A stretch of DNA of 43,489 bases from Anthoceros angustus (GCA_010909165.1 VJWM01000353.1:1-43489), one strand, 5' to 3'; positions 24,901 through 37,803 are shown, counted from the stretch's first letter. Numbers and translations: made by a program. Notes: a model not told the origin generated them from the sequence alone.

Positions 24901-25729
24901 CAAGTTTATGCAGGACACCTTCCTCAATAGGGTGCGGCTTTATGGAGAAAGACCGCCCGTCCTTCCCCTTGACAACCCATCCGGCATGATGCCATGCTCC
25001 GAATTTCGTACTTCACGCTCAACAAATACCTCGGGCATGAACGCCCCTCGCGTTCTAATCTTCTCCTTCCGGTGTACTCGTCTCCTCCTCCTAGGACGTT
25101 CGTTAATGGCTCCGGATGGCGTGTATCCATCCTCCACATCCGCCGCCATCTTTGCGTTCCTCAACTGTGGTTCGCATGTTCTTCCTTCATTAACAGTTGA
25201 TTTTCGCCTTCCGTATGGGTCCATCTCGTGCTCCCATGGCGACCTCCTCGACTTGTTGCACCTCCATGGTGATTTTGAGGATTGCCCAGATCGCCAACTC
25301 CCCTGCAATTTTCTTCAAGCTTGTCATGGGATGAAGCTCCTTCCTCTTCTCTGGCGCCCTCCTCCCTAGGGCGTCTCCTCCTCGCCTCATGGCGCACCTC
25401 AGTGGGGGCCTTCCTCGCTCAAAAGCGGTGCTCTCATGTCCTTTTTTGCTTCCTTGCCAACGTGTGGCCTCACTTGCAGCCCCTGCTCACCCTTGAGAAT
25501 TCAGCCTCCTCCTTGCGCCCATCTGGCGCCATCCTATCTCCTCGGTTCCAAATTGTCCTGCTGCGGCTTTTCACTGCGCTCCCTTCTTGCTCATTTGGCC
25601 CCTCTGCGGGCTTGCTGATCAATTCTTAGGCCTTCGACAACATGCTCACCTCCTTCCCCTTGACTTGGGTCATGGTAACCAACTCCTCGTCGAAATCGAT
25701 CATCGTGGCTTCAAGTCGCTCTCCGGTTT

Positions 25730-26290
25730 GACGAGAAATGAAATCGGCATTCGATGTTGCTTCACGGCCGGTTTCTACGTCATAGTCAAACTCTTGCAGC
25801 GATATACCCATCGGATCCTTCACGACAAATCGGCTTGTTGACAAGATACTTCAAGCAAAATGATCGACATGGAGCGTAACCTTGCAAGCGGATAGTGTCT
25901 AAACTTCTTACAAGTAAATGATACCAAGACCCTCCGCTCCGTGGTTGAGTAGTTCTTTTGATCCGTGAAATGTCTAGCATAGAAAATCGGATGATCCGTT
26001 TCTTCTCATCTTTCGACTCAAGGCGGTCCCAATAGCATAGCGGACACATCCACGTATACATGAACGGCTTCCCCAATCCGGCGGTTGTAAAGTTGGTGCG
26101 CTCACCAAGCATCCTTCAAGCTGAAAGCCTCTGTCGTCATCCATTCGAAGGTGTATCCTTTTTGGTTAATTGTGTCAACAAGGCCGCCTTCTTGGCGAAA
26201 TCCTTGATGAACCTCTGTAATACCCACTAGCCCTACAAAAGCTACTTTGCCTTCACCGTTTGGGGTCGTCCATCTCTATCACTGCCTTCT
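25730..26290 (-). pseudogene. pol: RT connection and RNase H of F2
   Basis: LKYLVNKP, LQEFDYDVETG...NADFISR, and YYRGSSR / IKDFAKKA pieces. Confidence 0.82.
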
Positions 26291-26299
26291 CTTTATCTA

Positions 26300-26950
26300 C
26301 CAATCCTCGTCGAAACTCGATGTGCTAATAGAATGCCCTCCGTCATGCCAAAATAACACTTCCGGATGAAGTTTCATGTTCGACTCCTGCATTTAAAGCA
26401 TTGCCTCAAATGGTCTAAATGCAAGTTCCTTCTCCCAAATACGAAATCATCCGAGAATACCTCCATGAACTTCCTCGGAAATCTCGGAAGATCGCGTTCA
26501 CTACCCTGGAAAGTGGCGGGGCATTGCACAACCGAAGGAGCTTGAATAGGCATAAGTTCCCCAATCCGTGTGAGCGTTGTTTTGTCTGATCCTCCTTCGA
26601 AATTTGATTGTACCGAATATCCATCAAGCTGTACATCTCATGCCCGCTCATGTCAACACCTGTCCATGAAAGGTAAAGGTGATGATCCTTCTTCGTTGCC
26701 TCGTTGAGTTTTAAAATCTTGACACACCGCACCTTTCCTGCTTCTTTGGTACAATCACGATGGGGCGACCCACTCCTTTGGTGAGCAGGGTAAATCACCC
26801 ACCTCAAGTATTGGTCGGTGATCCTTAACAACCATGGAATACTTGGGATTGACTGTGTTGCGATCAGTCTTGCCCTCCTTGAGTCTATTCGATGTATTCC
26901 CAGTTCTTCGGTATCCTGTCATGTCGGTAATCTTGAAGGCAAACACATCA
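26300..26950 (-). pseudogene. pol: Reverse transcriptase of F2
   Basis: KEWVAP, GKVRCV, LKLNEATKKDHH, SGHEMYSLMD, YNQI, LCNAP, VVNAIFRDFRG. Confidence 0.88.
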
Positions 26951-27399
26951 ACATATTCTCTAAGGACCCTCTGAAACTCATCTTTTTCTCACGCCTAGGT
27001 ACTTAGAAATCTTGACTACCTTGCTAGGTTCTAACTCTAGGTCTTCTACGCATCGGGATCTACATATGTTCCCTCGATGCCTATCTTGGTTCGGATCCCT
27101 CTTAGGAAAGTCTCGCTCATAAGCTGCCCTTCCAAAAGGCTACTCCTTCTCTATGGGCCTCATCCTCGACTCCTCTATTCCTCTGTAAGCAGGCATACAC
27201 CAAATCACTCTTTATTTGACCTCGTGAGGACCCCGATATGCTCGATCCTTTGCAGGAGCTTACCCGTGCTACAGGTGTACCGTCGGTGGGTTGGACTCCC
27301 CTCATAAGGGCCTTACTCCATGACACAAAGCAATCGCCGCGGTCATTATCCCCGGACTTGAAGGTGATGCCACTCGACCAAAATCAAAAACACCGGCCA

Positions 27400-27710
27400 T
27401 ACAAGGCCTACCTATCAAAACCTTATAGCCTAAATCAAAAAGGTGCATCACAATGTAGGTAAGATGGAAGGTGAGTCCCCAATTATAGTGGGCACGTTCT
27501 CGGCCCCAGTGGCTTTCTCCTTGCAGTCGGCCATCCGTAAAAATACTCGGGCGGGTGAAACTCGGTGAATCCGAGTTGATGAGCCGTCTCCTCCGTCATC
27601 AAGTTGACTCCGATCCGAATCTAATGGCACGTCGGGCACCAAACACCCGCAATCTCAACCTCAATCTCGGGTGCCCCAAATCAAGTTCGACCACATTTAC
27701 CTCCGCGCGA
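27400..27710 (-). pseudogene. pol: Aspartic protease of F2
   Basis: VPDVPLDS(G)SGVNLMTEETAHQLGF...VFLRMAD, i.e. the catalytic D-S-G motif split by a frameshift at ~27620. Confidence 0.75.
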
Positions 27711-28399
27711 TTTCTCCTCCCCTCGCTTGAGATTCCCGATCGCCTCCTTCACAATTTTGCGGGATCTTGGACTTCACCGCAAGCATCTCGGTGACCACAA
27801 ATTCGCGGTCAAGTAATCGTCGTGGCCGGAGATTTTATCGACAAGTTTCCTCCCGCTTGCAGCCACAGCTCGACTCCGACCTTATTGGTAAAGTTCGATT
27901 CCATGACCCTCCTATCGGGTGGGTTCCCATACCGTGGATCCGATTCGCTCTGCGACCCTGCTTCCGTATCGGGTGAGCTGTTTAATTCATCTTCCGGCAT
28001 TGCCGCTACTTCTCGACTAATGTCGGGAGGAAGCGGTTCGTTCCTCCCCTCCTTTGGTCCTTCCCCAGGGTAGTCTGGTCTATCCGTAGTGCCGGACTAG
28101 GGGTGATCGCCTTCTGCTGGGCGGTCTTGTTCTGCTCCTCTTGTGCGCGAACAGCGTCTCCGGAGCCATGGTGAGTCATCCCTCACCTTCCTCCTTCCTT
28201 CCTCATCGCCGTTTTCCGATCGTCCTTCTCCGGCCCGAGTGGTTACCACAGCCACCATCAACCTTTCATCCGCGCTTATTTCTCCCTCGTATCCTTCCTC
28301 CACGATACGGCGTCACCTTTGATCCCTCGAGGAATCATACTCCTTCCACCTTCAACACGGTGTTGTGGTCACGTGATGCGGTTTCGGTGTTGGGTCGTG

Positions 28400-30371
28400 C
28401 CTCTTCGCTGCAGCTCCGTAAACGACCACATTTGGTGTCACTCGCGTCACCCGTGCATCACAGGGTCCCCATTTTATGTCCCAATTCCTTACATACAGCA
28501 AAGGGTACATAACCTACTTGCTTCCGTGGTTACGGGCATTCGTTGAGTAGTGTCACGGGGCTCCGCAATTATAACACCCACTGGAATTGCCATCGCCTCG
28601 TGTGGATCGGTCTCCATTGTCCGGCGATGTCGGACGTGAGCCATACCTTGAGGGTGCGGTCGGTGGTAAGTCGCTCTCATTGATTGAGGTGGTGACTTCC
28701 GGTGACGCTTGTGCAATGCGCCTCGTCCACGTACCAATAATCTCGGCATGGGTTTCCACATGATTTACGCGTGTCGCGGTGCGAATACATTCTCGGTTGG
28801 TGTGTCCCGTTTGATGACGGATCGAGCAATACACCAGTGCGGGCGAAGGAGATCTTCGTGGAGCTTGATTCTTCGCCTTGACCTCCAACTCGGTCAACGC
28901 TTGGTCAAAGCCTCCACTTGTCCGGCAATCCCTCCTCCGCTGCGACGTTTCTCCTTCTCCATCCGACGGACCGTCTTCCCTTTCCTCTCCTTCTCCAATG
29001 CGCGTTCCGCCTCCTCTTGTCGTTTTGACCTTCTCGGGTCCTTCCTCATTCGTCGTTCGTAGGCCTTCTCCGATTCCTCATCCGATGTGGAGCCTTGAGT
29101 TCATTGTCCTCACTTTCGATGTGGAAGAGGCGGACTGGAGGAGGTGAGGAAGGCGAGCTAGATCTCCTCGATCCTTTCTCTTCTTATGACTCCGCCTCTT
29201 CTTCCTCCTTCTCCCCTCGGACTCCCATTCCTCGGCTAAGCGGAGGCCCCCTTAGCGTCTTCGTTCGCTGCGTGTACCTCCATTTTCGTGACAAGCCACT
29301 CACAAACCAATCCAACGCTTGTTCTTGTGAGTACCTAGAGCTGGGTGGATCTCCCGGCCTCTCGGGTGCACATTTCGGAACCCGATCCAGATATCCATAA
29401 AACCTCTCCACATAATCGAACAACGACTCTCGTTTCTTCCTTCGGAGGGTTCTCAACTTGGCCAAGGTGTGGTGTGCGTAACTGAGCCCTCGGAACCGAT
29501 TCAAGAAGGCTGCCTTAAGAGCTTCCCAATCCGTCGGCGCTTCTGAATTATATGTGCGACCATACCACTGTTGGGCATGCCCTCTCAGCAGTCCCGGAAA
29601 GATGCGCAGTCGCTCGGCGACTCCATCCTCTAAATTTGCGTGGGAGACGTGCTCGAAAGTTCTTACGCCTCGCATCATCTCCCTTTTCTTCTCGCGAATT
29701 TGGCGTATTCTTTGGCGACTATGAAGTTGGCGGTCCTCCTCCTCCACCAACTCCACTCATGTTGCTCGTTGGTGTCACCGGACCAACACTCCTCTCGCCG
29801 GGTAGGAAACAAATCGGGATCCTTGAGCACGAAAATCTTCTACCAAGGGAGTAGCGACCTCCCTCTAGTCGTCCCAAAGATCAATCGATCGGCGATTCGA
29901 TCGAGTCGTTCCGCCAAATCCTCCGACCAAGCACGAAACTCCCGCTCGGCGACCTCGTCGTCCTTCCTCTCGGCGATCCGGAAGATGAGGTGGTGCCACC
30001 GCTTTGAGAAGCAAAGCGTCGCGGGCGTTCGCGGCGGTTGTGAACAACTTCGTGCTCGGAGGCGCGGCCCTTCCTAAATCGGACACCGACTTCTCTTCGA
30101 CCTCCTTCCTCTCGCTGTCGGTGATCTCCGCCTCTTCTTCCTCCTTCTCCCCTATCCGTCGTTCCGCACCTCCGTCGCCTTCCGGCGTCACGGCGACTTC
30201 CTCCGCGTCAGCTCGTGTCTCTACTTCCTCCCGCTGTCCACGAGTGGCGACAGCGGCGGTCTCTTCCCTTAGCCGGTTTCTTCGTAAAGCTCGTAAATCT
30301 CTCGCAGTGACAGGCGGGGGTGACCTTCCGCGTGTATCTCCCCGAGATCGACCCCTATCTGACATCTGCAA
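28400..30371 (-). pseudogene. gag: gag of F2 (Gag core plus up to three zinc knuckles)
   Basis: ORFs 29865..30371, 29184..29756 (LRIFPGLLRGHAQQWY...DWEALKAAFLNRF...ESLFDYVERF) and 28553..28897 (YCSIRHQTGHTNREC; CYNCGAP). Confidence 0.85.
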
Positions 30372-30571
30372 CCATCCTCATGTCCTCCAACCCACAGGTG
30401 TTAAGAGGAAAGCAAATCACACCCCGTTTAGTGTCTCAACCAGTCACCCCTATGACACTTAGGCGGCGTGAAATTCCGTCTTCTCACCCTATGGTCGACT
30501 CTCAGTCCCTTTGAAAAACATTCTGCAGCCTAGCGATGGAAACCACAAAACTTCAAACTTTCAACAACAAG

Positions 30572-30589
30572 TCCCCGGCAACGGCGCCA
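30572..30589 (-). promoter_or_regulatory. Primer-binding site complementary to the 3' end of plant tRNA-Asp (Athila type)
   Basis: Minus strand: LTR end ...CTACCACA, then TTTT, then TGGCGCCGTTGCCGGGGA (18 nt). Confidence 0.92.
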
Positions 30590-30593
30590 AAAA

Positions 30594-33500
30594 TGTGGTA
30601 GGGAGAATCCGGGGCACTCCCCAGGTCCTCCCACTATAGCGGCCACACTTATCCCACGCCCGTCGTTGGGTTTCGTCCCATGAGACTTGTGTGAAAGTTC
30701 GAGGTCTTGTGATGCCCGTCGCTTCTGATGACACACTCTCGACCTTCTAAACAAGCAAGGCACCTCTACTCTCCCTCTTCTGCACCACTTGCCTTTGCTT
30801 CGCCAACCTCGACCACAACGACACAAAACAATTGCGGGTCGCCTCGTGACAAAGCCTACCACAGGCGCCCAGGACCCCAGTTCACACGATTTCGTCCCTA
30901 CTTCTAAGACCAAACTTGACCTACAGCACAACACAATTGCGGTCACCTCGTGACAGCCTACCACGGCGCCCAGGACCCCAGTTCACACCGCGATTTCGTC
31001 CCTACTTCTAAGACCAAACTTGACCTACAACGACACAACACAATTGCGAGTCCTGCCTCGGAGAGCCTACCACGGGCGCCGAGGACCCCCCAGTTCACAC
31101 CGCGATTTCGTCCCTACTTCTAAGACCAAACTTCTCCACTCGGGGCGCTCTTTTACTTGCAGTTGGGATTCGTCCCTTAGGCTCTGTGGCCTTCCACTAA
31201 CACCTACACCTCTAATCCTCTACTCATCTTCTCATCTCCTCATCCTCTTCCTCCTATTCTAACCTCGATTCGGGCTTCTTGGTTTCGACTCGCCCTTACG
31301 GCTGGCGGGTCCGCCTCCAGCAAGTTCTTCCTTGGGCGGTTGCTATGAGTTTGACACAGGCAGTGAGAACCTCGAGTCTTTCCAGTAGTCTACCCTCAAG
31401 CCGAGAGTTCTCACGGGCATTTGCCACACACCCAAAGCAAAGCAATTTCACGGCAACCATTCACAAGGGAGCAACTCGTTTAGGCACTTGAGCAAGTCCT
31501 CCACCAACACTCCGACCACGCGACTTCCTCTCTACGGACTGTTGGCTCACGGCCACGAAATTCCTCTGTAATGGCAAAGGACTCGATGATGGGCGCAAGA
31601 CATGATACTTTACTTTGTGAAATCCTCCTCCTCTTATAGGAGGCCTTCCACATACAACCTCCCTTAGGTGACCCTCTGCGGTCACCTTTTCCAATTCTAT
31701 TATTTCCTACACCGCATTTAATGTCGGCACCTAAATCTATTATGCGATCCTTGGTAAATTCTATTCTAGTAACTTCACCTAAGACCATCCTTGAAGGATG
31801 TCGGTCTACACCACCTATCCTTCCGTTCCCCAAAGCTCATTTATGGTCATTGACCATTCTTAGTCTTATCTCATTTGGGGTGGTGACATGGCCCTTGGAT
31901 TGGCTCCCTCGCCCTCCTTTTGCTCTGTCCCTTCCCGGATCTTGTCGCCTTCCAATGTGTGGGGCAAGTACCATCTGCCCCTTCCTCCATCTCCGGGCGG
32001 CGCCTAAAATCTGTTATCTTCCATCGATCGCGCCCCTCCCGCGCACCTAGGCGCCTTTTCTCCGCTTCCGCTGGTCGCGCCCGTTCATCGGCACCCTACG
32101 CGGTAGTCGGCGGACTGGGTGGACTTACCATGGTAGTCGGTACCTATCTCCTTCTTCTCCTTCCTCTCCGCCGGTGATGTCTCACGGGGTGAGTTCCTCT
32201 TTGCTCCTTCCTTCTTTTGGTTTGTCCATACCTATCACGAGCATGTCTTCAAAGAATCTTCCCCATTCGACCAATGTTGCTACTAACTCCTTGGGCCTTC
32301 TTGCGTTGGTCTCCTCTCGGGCCTGGCTCCTCCCTTATCCAGGTGGGCGAGAACTTCTCACCCCTCCCCTTCCTCGGGGGGACCCGTCCTTAGTCTCCTC
32401 CGGTGGGGTTGTCTCTCCCACCACCCAGCCTCCTCCTCGGGGGTATACTACGGACCCCGGCTCCTTCATCCTCGGCCGGGCCTCGCGGCAACTCCCCAAC
32501 GATCTCGCCCACGGGCACACTGCCCTACCGGTAGTCTGGCGGACTACGGCGTGGTGTGTCTACCCCACGGTAGTCTGGCGGACTACCGTGGTAGGTTGAC
32601 CCCGGAGGTGGGCTTTCCCCTCCTTGCTCTCTGCGCCACCTTCTACCTTTGGCGGCGCTCTTCGTCTCGACTCCTCAGTTCCTCGGAGTCCATTTCGTGA
32701 TGGCCTCATCAAAATCGGAGGCCTCAGGCTGCTGTTGCAGCTCCTTCTGTCATCATCATGAGGACCCAATGTCCTCCTCTTGGCCAGCAAGATCTCATTG
32801 TTGGCCTTCAAAATTCTATTGTGGAGGTGGGCCCCAAGCTATGATATTGCATTTGGAGATCATCAATCTCGTGGGCCACTCTCCATCGGTGATGTCTCAC
32901 GGGGTGAGTTCCTCTTTGCTCCTTCCTTCCTTCTGTTTGGTTTGTCCATACCTATCAGAGCATGTCTTCATCTTCCCCATTCGACCAATGTTGCTACTAA
33001 CTCCCCGCGTTGGTCTCCTCTCCCGGCTGGCTCCTCCCTTATCCAGGTGGGCGGGAACTTCTCACCCCTCCCCTTCCTCGGGTCGGACCCGTCCTTAGTC
33101 TCCTCGGTGGGGTTGTCTCTCCCACCACCCAGCTGCTCCTCCGGGGTATACTCGGACCCCGGCTCCTTCATCCTCGGCCGGCCTCCGGCGACTCCCCTGA
33201 TCTCGCCACGGGCACACTACCGGTGTCAGCGGACTAGGCGTGTGTGTCTACCACGGTAGTCTGGCGGACTACGTGGTAGGTCACCCATGGTAGGTTGACC
33301 CCAGGAGGTGGGCTTTCCCCTCCTTGCTCTCTGCGCCACCTTCTACCTTTGGCGCTCGGCTCTTCGTCTCGACTCCTCAGTTCCTCGGAGTCCATTTGAT
33401 GGCCTCATCAAAATCGGAGGCCTCACAGGCACACTGTTGCGCTCCTTCATCATCATCATGAGGACCCAATGTCCTCCTCTTGGCCAAGCAAGATCTCATT

Positions 33501-34397
33501 GTTGGCCTTCAAAATTCTATTGTGGAGGTGGGCCCCAAGCTATGATATTGCATTTGGAGATCATCAATCTCGTGGGCCACTCTCCATCTTCACACCTACC
33601 TTTGTAGGCGTCCCTTGAGGTGGTCAATTCCCCACCTTGACATGGAGGTCACATTCTCCTCCCTTGCTTCCTTGGTGGCTGGCCAATTTTGCACGAAGGG
33701 CATAATGCCAAAACCTTCGCTTCCTTACTACCATTCTATGTACCACTTTCTTGTGGTACTCCTCTTCTGGGACCTTTTTCCTTCCAAGTCCTCTATTAGT
33801 TGAGCAAGCCCTTCCTCTCGCTTGCCAAGCATCTTTCCGCGCTCCGGCTCCGGTCTGATCTCTTGGGAAGTGAGTTCGCCTTAGCTCGAAAAGGAAGTTG
33901 GCCCCAAGCGCACTTTGCACCTTTGGATGGCTGCAGCCCACACCTAGATTTTGTGCATCATTCACAAAATCTAATCGATCTATAATACCTATTTTCCTAC
34001 TCGCTAATTAATCTCTTGCTAATTACTCTTATATATTTATCCTCTATTGATGAGCATATATAGTGGATATCCCCCTTTATTCTAAGTTTCCTTTTTAGAG
34101 ATTTTGTCACCTACGTAGATACTTACAGCGATAATCTGCTCCTTACTCGGGCTACCGGCGTGTCAGCGACCTCTGATGATGCCTTTCTAACCAACCTTGG
34201 TTGCCCCATGCCTTTTCGGGTCGCTTGACCGTTTTCCTCTGGGATATCCTTTGCCTTCTAACAATATTCCACGCTCTAGTTCCAAGATCTTGAAGTTTTC
34301 CTCGCATGTTCCTCTTCAATCGGTCTTAGCCAAAAAAAATCAAACTTGTTAGTCTTACGGCGGTTTGAATTTGGTTGCCCAAACTTTTACGTTCCAC
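30594..34397 (-). mobile_element. F2 5' LTR (about 3.8 kb including a ~0.7 kb internal duplication)
   Basis: Abuts the PBS. Homology to the 3' LTR runs to GTTCCAC at 34397 and stops there, with no PPT beyond. Confidence 0.75.
30810..31133. repeat. Tandem repeat of ~105-112 bp in F2 U5 (3 copies)
   Basis: Same unit as 18279-18505; gatttcgtccctacttctaagaccaaact occurs three times. Confidence 0.85.
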
Positions 34398-34399
34398 GA

Positions 34400-37022
34400 C
34401 TACCCGCCTCATGACCTTCTCCTTCGTCTTCTTCAACTCCCCTATCCTCCTAGGGAGTTGTGCATCTCATTTTGGACTTCTCGTTCCATTTCCAATCTTT
34501 GGACAAAATGTGTCCATTCTTCCAGCTCTTCTTCCTTCAATTCCAGCCTCGTGGTTCTCCCAACTCCTTTTTCCATGTCACTAATCTTCACACTGTGTGG
34601 CTATGACCGCTCATGTCGCCTACTTGCCTTTGTCTGCCCTCATTTCTTTAGATTGCTCTCGTCTTGACCTTTCCTCCATTAGCAGCACTTGCTTGTCTTC
34701 GCCTTCTTTTCCCATGTCGCACCATGTGAGCAAGTTGCTCCACCTTCTCCTCTCGAGCTGCCAATTGCTTGGTAAGAGCCTTGTTCTCCGAATATGATTG
34801 TTTGCCTCATTGTGCCTTGTTTCAAGACTCTTTTCCAAGTGCTCCACTTGAGCCTTCCATCCTCATAACATCCTCCTGGGTTTGGCTCGCCTACCACAAT
34901 TTCCCTTGCTTGGTAGGTCCTTGTCTCGCCTCGTCTTCAAGAATTCAACTCTCCTCTTGGCGGCTCCTATGTCTACCTTCTGAACATCTCCCTGTCGCAC
35001 ATCTCCTCCAACATGTCTAAGTCTCCTTTCTTACCTCCGGAGACTCAAGGCCTTTGCCTTGCTCATGGGATCTTACATCCCTTGCTTCCCTATGATGAGC
35101 TCCCGCTCATCACTTGGCAACTCCTCCCACCGTGACTCCATCGCTCGCCCACCTAGCAGGGGCCGGTTGCCTTCTTATCTCCTCTTGGGAGCTTCCGTGA
35201 CTTCCTTTCCTCCTACCGTGGTAGGAGGTGCTCCGTAGGACTACTTCCCTACGTGGTAGGACTAATTCACCATAGGCCTTGTCATGAGGAGAAGGGGTCC
35301 CAAAACCCGTGGGAACACCTCCCACCCCTCGCGAGATTCACGCCATGGTAGGATCTATCCTACCTTCCATCTCCGCATCCTCCATGGTCCAAACTTCAAA
35401 TCCCCTACAACTTCTCCTTGCAAGTCCTCCCGCACATCCTGGCTATCTTTGAGGATTCCTTCCGGCAATAATGTCAGTGGTGCTGCGGCACCTCCTTAGC
35501 AAGCACCAAGCACTCCTCCCTCTCTGTAAGTACACAATGTTAAAGGGATGCTTGGAATCATCCAACTCCTTACTTGTGAGTAGCCCTCTACTTCCCACAA
35601 ATGCACTAGATAAGTGCTAAGATAGCATGGCCTTGGTGTCTTCATCCAGCGTTGGGTTTTGACAACTTCTCCGGTGGTAGGTGTATGCTTCATACATGAT
35701 GAGCCCCAATCCGGCGCTCCTTGGTGATCTTCCATAGAAAATGGAGGAAGGTAGTGCTGAAATATGACACCCTTGGATTGCTCACCAAGCCCAAAACAAT
35801 TCTTGTGAACAATCTCCACTTGGGCTCCAAGATTTGGTCGTCCGCCAACCGTTCTTAGACTTAGCCTTCATGCCTTGCATAAGTGTAAGGGCTCCCTTGG
35901 GAAGATCCGCCGTTGATGCACGCTTGCCTCGCGTTCCTTCCATCAACGTGATTCCGCTATCCTCACTATCGCTGCCATATACTGCGTATGCTCCTTACAA
36001 TCCAACACCGTGGATCCGTCCGTGCGTTTGTCGGTGGCCAATTCCTCTTCTCTGCTTAGCAAAACACTCTCTATCAATTCAAGGTTGGTGTAGACCAATG
36101 TCGCCCATACACCCTCTAGCTGAATATTCTCCTCTTGCCCAAGGTCGAAAGTCGAAAGGTCTCTAGAGGATAGCTGGCCCATAGCACGTAAACAAGGGCA
36201 TGTCAAATTTCCACCTCAGGTCGATCCTCCTTAGACCTCTTGCCCGCTCCTGCACCTCCTTGGTGGACGCTCCTTCCTTACTACCTCCTTGCCCTTGGTC
36301 ATGGTAGGCTTGGTCATGGCCTCCTTGGTTAGTACTTGCACGATTGAAGAAAAGTGATGCCTCTCACCAATTCCTGGCTGCCCGACTTCTTATCCTTGCA
36401 AACGTTTCTCCTCCTCGGTGATTTGCTCTTGCTCACAGCTCAAAAGGTCCTTGCCCTTGCTCTCCTCCTGCAGTCCTTACACCTTGGCGTCCCCACCCCA
36501 ATTTCTCCTGCAGAAAGCTCACCAAAATTCTCCCGGACTCTTACACCACAATTTAGGAGCCCTTCTGCACGGTTTCCTAGCAATCTTGCCACGCTCCACC
36601 CTCCTAGGCACCCTCACGAGCTTGGCAAGTGTTGGGTTGCGCCCCAACTTCTTCTCCCTTCTCTTCTTCCTCAATTTCCTCCTGCTCTTTCTCTTGCGCT
36701 GGCGGACTTCCACCTCCCGAGCTCACGCCCTTCTTCTTCACCTTGCCACAAGCCACCTGGCCTTGCACCTTAGCCTTCAAGCACCAACTCTGCTGTTATG
36801 ATTTGAAGCTTCTCCTCCAAAGTTCCTCACGAGTCCTTACACTTGTGTGGTGGCCTTCACAATTTCTGTAATCCTGCCACACCCTTCTATCGCTCCTGCA
36901 GTTAGGGAGGTGTGGTTTGCCCTGCACCTCGTTCCTTCCCTCTTTCTCTTTTCTTCTGCACCTCCTCTTGGCGTCCTGCCCTCCTCCGTTGCCCAACTTG
37001 CCTTCCTCTTCAACCTTAGCAT
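34400..37022 (-). pseudogene. LTR-embedded accessory ORF of F1, copy 1
   Basis: K/R-rich start (MLRLKRKASW; RKRKSRRKLRKKRREKK), then conserved domain (LVYTNLELIE; DWG; RPCYLSTYLVHLWE), then coiled coil (EHLEKSLETR). Confidence 0.6.
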
Positions 37023-37374
37023 GGGCGTGTGCTACGTTTCTATGGGGCCTTGGGAAGCTTGAGGTGTGGCGCCTTCCACTGACTCCTCAAGTTTGAGTTG
37101 TGGCCTCTTAGCTAACTTTTATAAGTCACCCAAGGGTTAGAAAAGTAACTACCATTCTATCCTGCCCTTGGATGTGTGCCACGTGGCTTTCTCACCGTTG
37201 ATGTTAGTTTCCTAATTTCCTTATACTAAAATACCAATTTCCCTATTTTCTAATTACTGAAAATTAGCCTCTAATTTCTTAATTACCTATTTTGGCCTAT
37301 TTATCTAGTCCACTAAAAGACCCTATATATAGCAAGCCTATCCTGCCTAAAACATAACTTTCCTCTAGCAACCT

Positions 37375-37615
37375 ATCTCCTACGGTGGTAGGACACCTCC
37401 TACCATGGTGGCGTTTTCCCTTCTCCTACCACGGTAGGAGTTCTCTGGTGGGATACCTTCCTACCCTCTCCTACCATGGTAGGAGTTTCTCCTACGGTGG
37501 TAGGTGATCAAAACACTAGGTCATTCTCCTCTTGGTAGGATCTCTCCTACCCTCGTCTACCATGGTAGGAGTTTCTCCTCGGTGGTAGGACACCTCCTAC
37601 CACTCATGTAGGTTA
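37375..37615. repeat. Cluster of palindromic CCTACC(AT/AC)GGTAGG motifs near the F1 LTR start
   Basis: For example ctcctaccacggtaggag at 37423-37440 and the perfect 18-bp palindrome ctcctaccatggtaggag at 37468-37485. Confidence 0.85.
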
Positions 37616-37803
37616 CCTTTTCTCCTCAGAGGTCGTTTTGACCCGTTTCTTTTCTGCATATCCTCTTTGCCTTCCGACATGGTCCTACAACTCCCGCTCA
37701 AAAGGAGCAAAAATTTCCTTGCATGTCTTCACCAAACCATTTCTAGCAAAAGTGTGGGCTGTTCAAAGCAAACTCATTTAAGCTTGTTGCCCAAACTTTC
37801 ACA

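Larger units (their letters stand above)
18051..34397 (-). mobile_element. Near full-length F2 Athila-like Ty3/Gypsy retrotransposon, about 16 kb
   Basis: Two long direct repeats (18051-22603 and 30594-34397), a perfect PBS, a PPT and gag-PR-RT-RH-INT between them. Confidence 0.85.
34398..37803 (-). mobile_element. F1 LTR copy, U3 portion (3' LTR position), interrupted by the F2 element
   Basis: Starts TGTGAAAGTTTGGGCAAC after a PPT. 34400-37420 is colinear with 39985-42744. Confidence 0.7.

Noticed and set aside
30572-30589. tRNA-Asp gene
   Set aside because: Only the 3' 18 nt including CCA are present, next to an LTR end, so it is a PBS.
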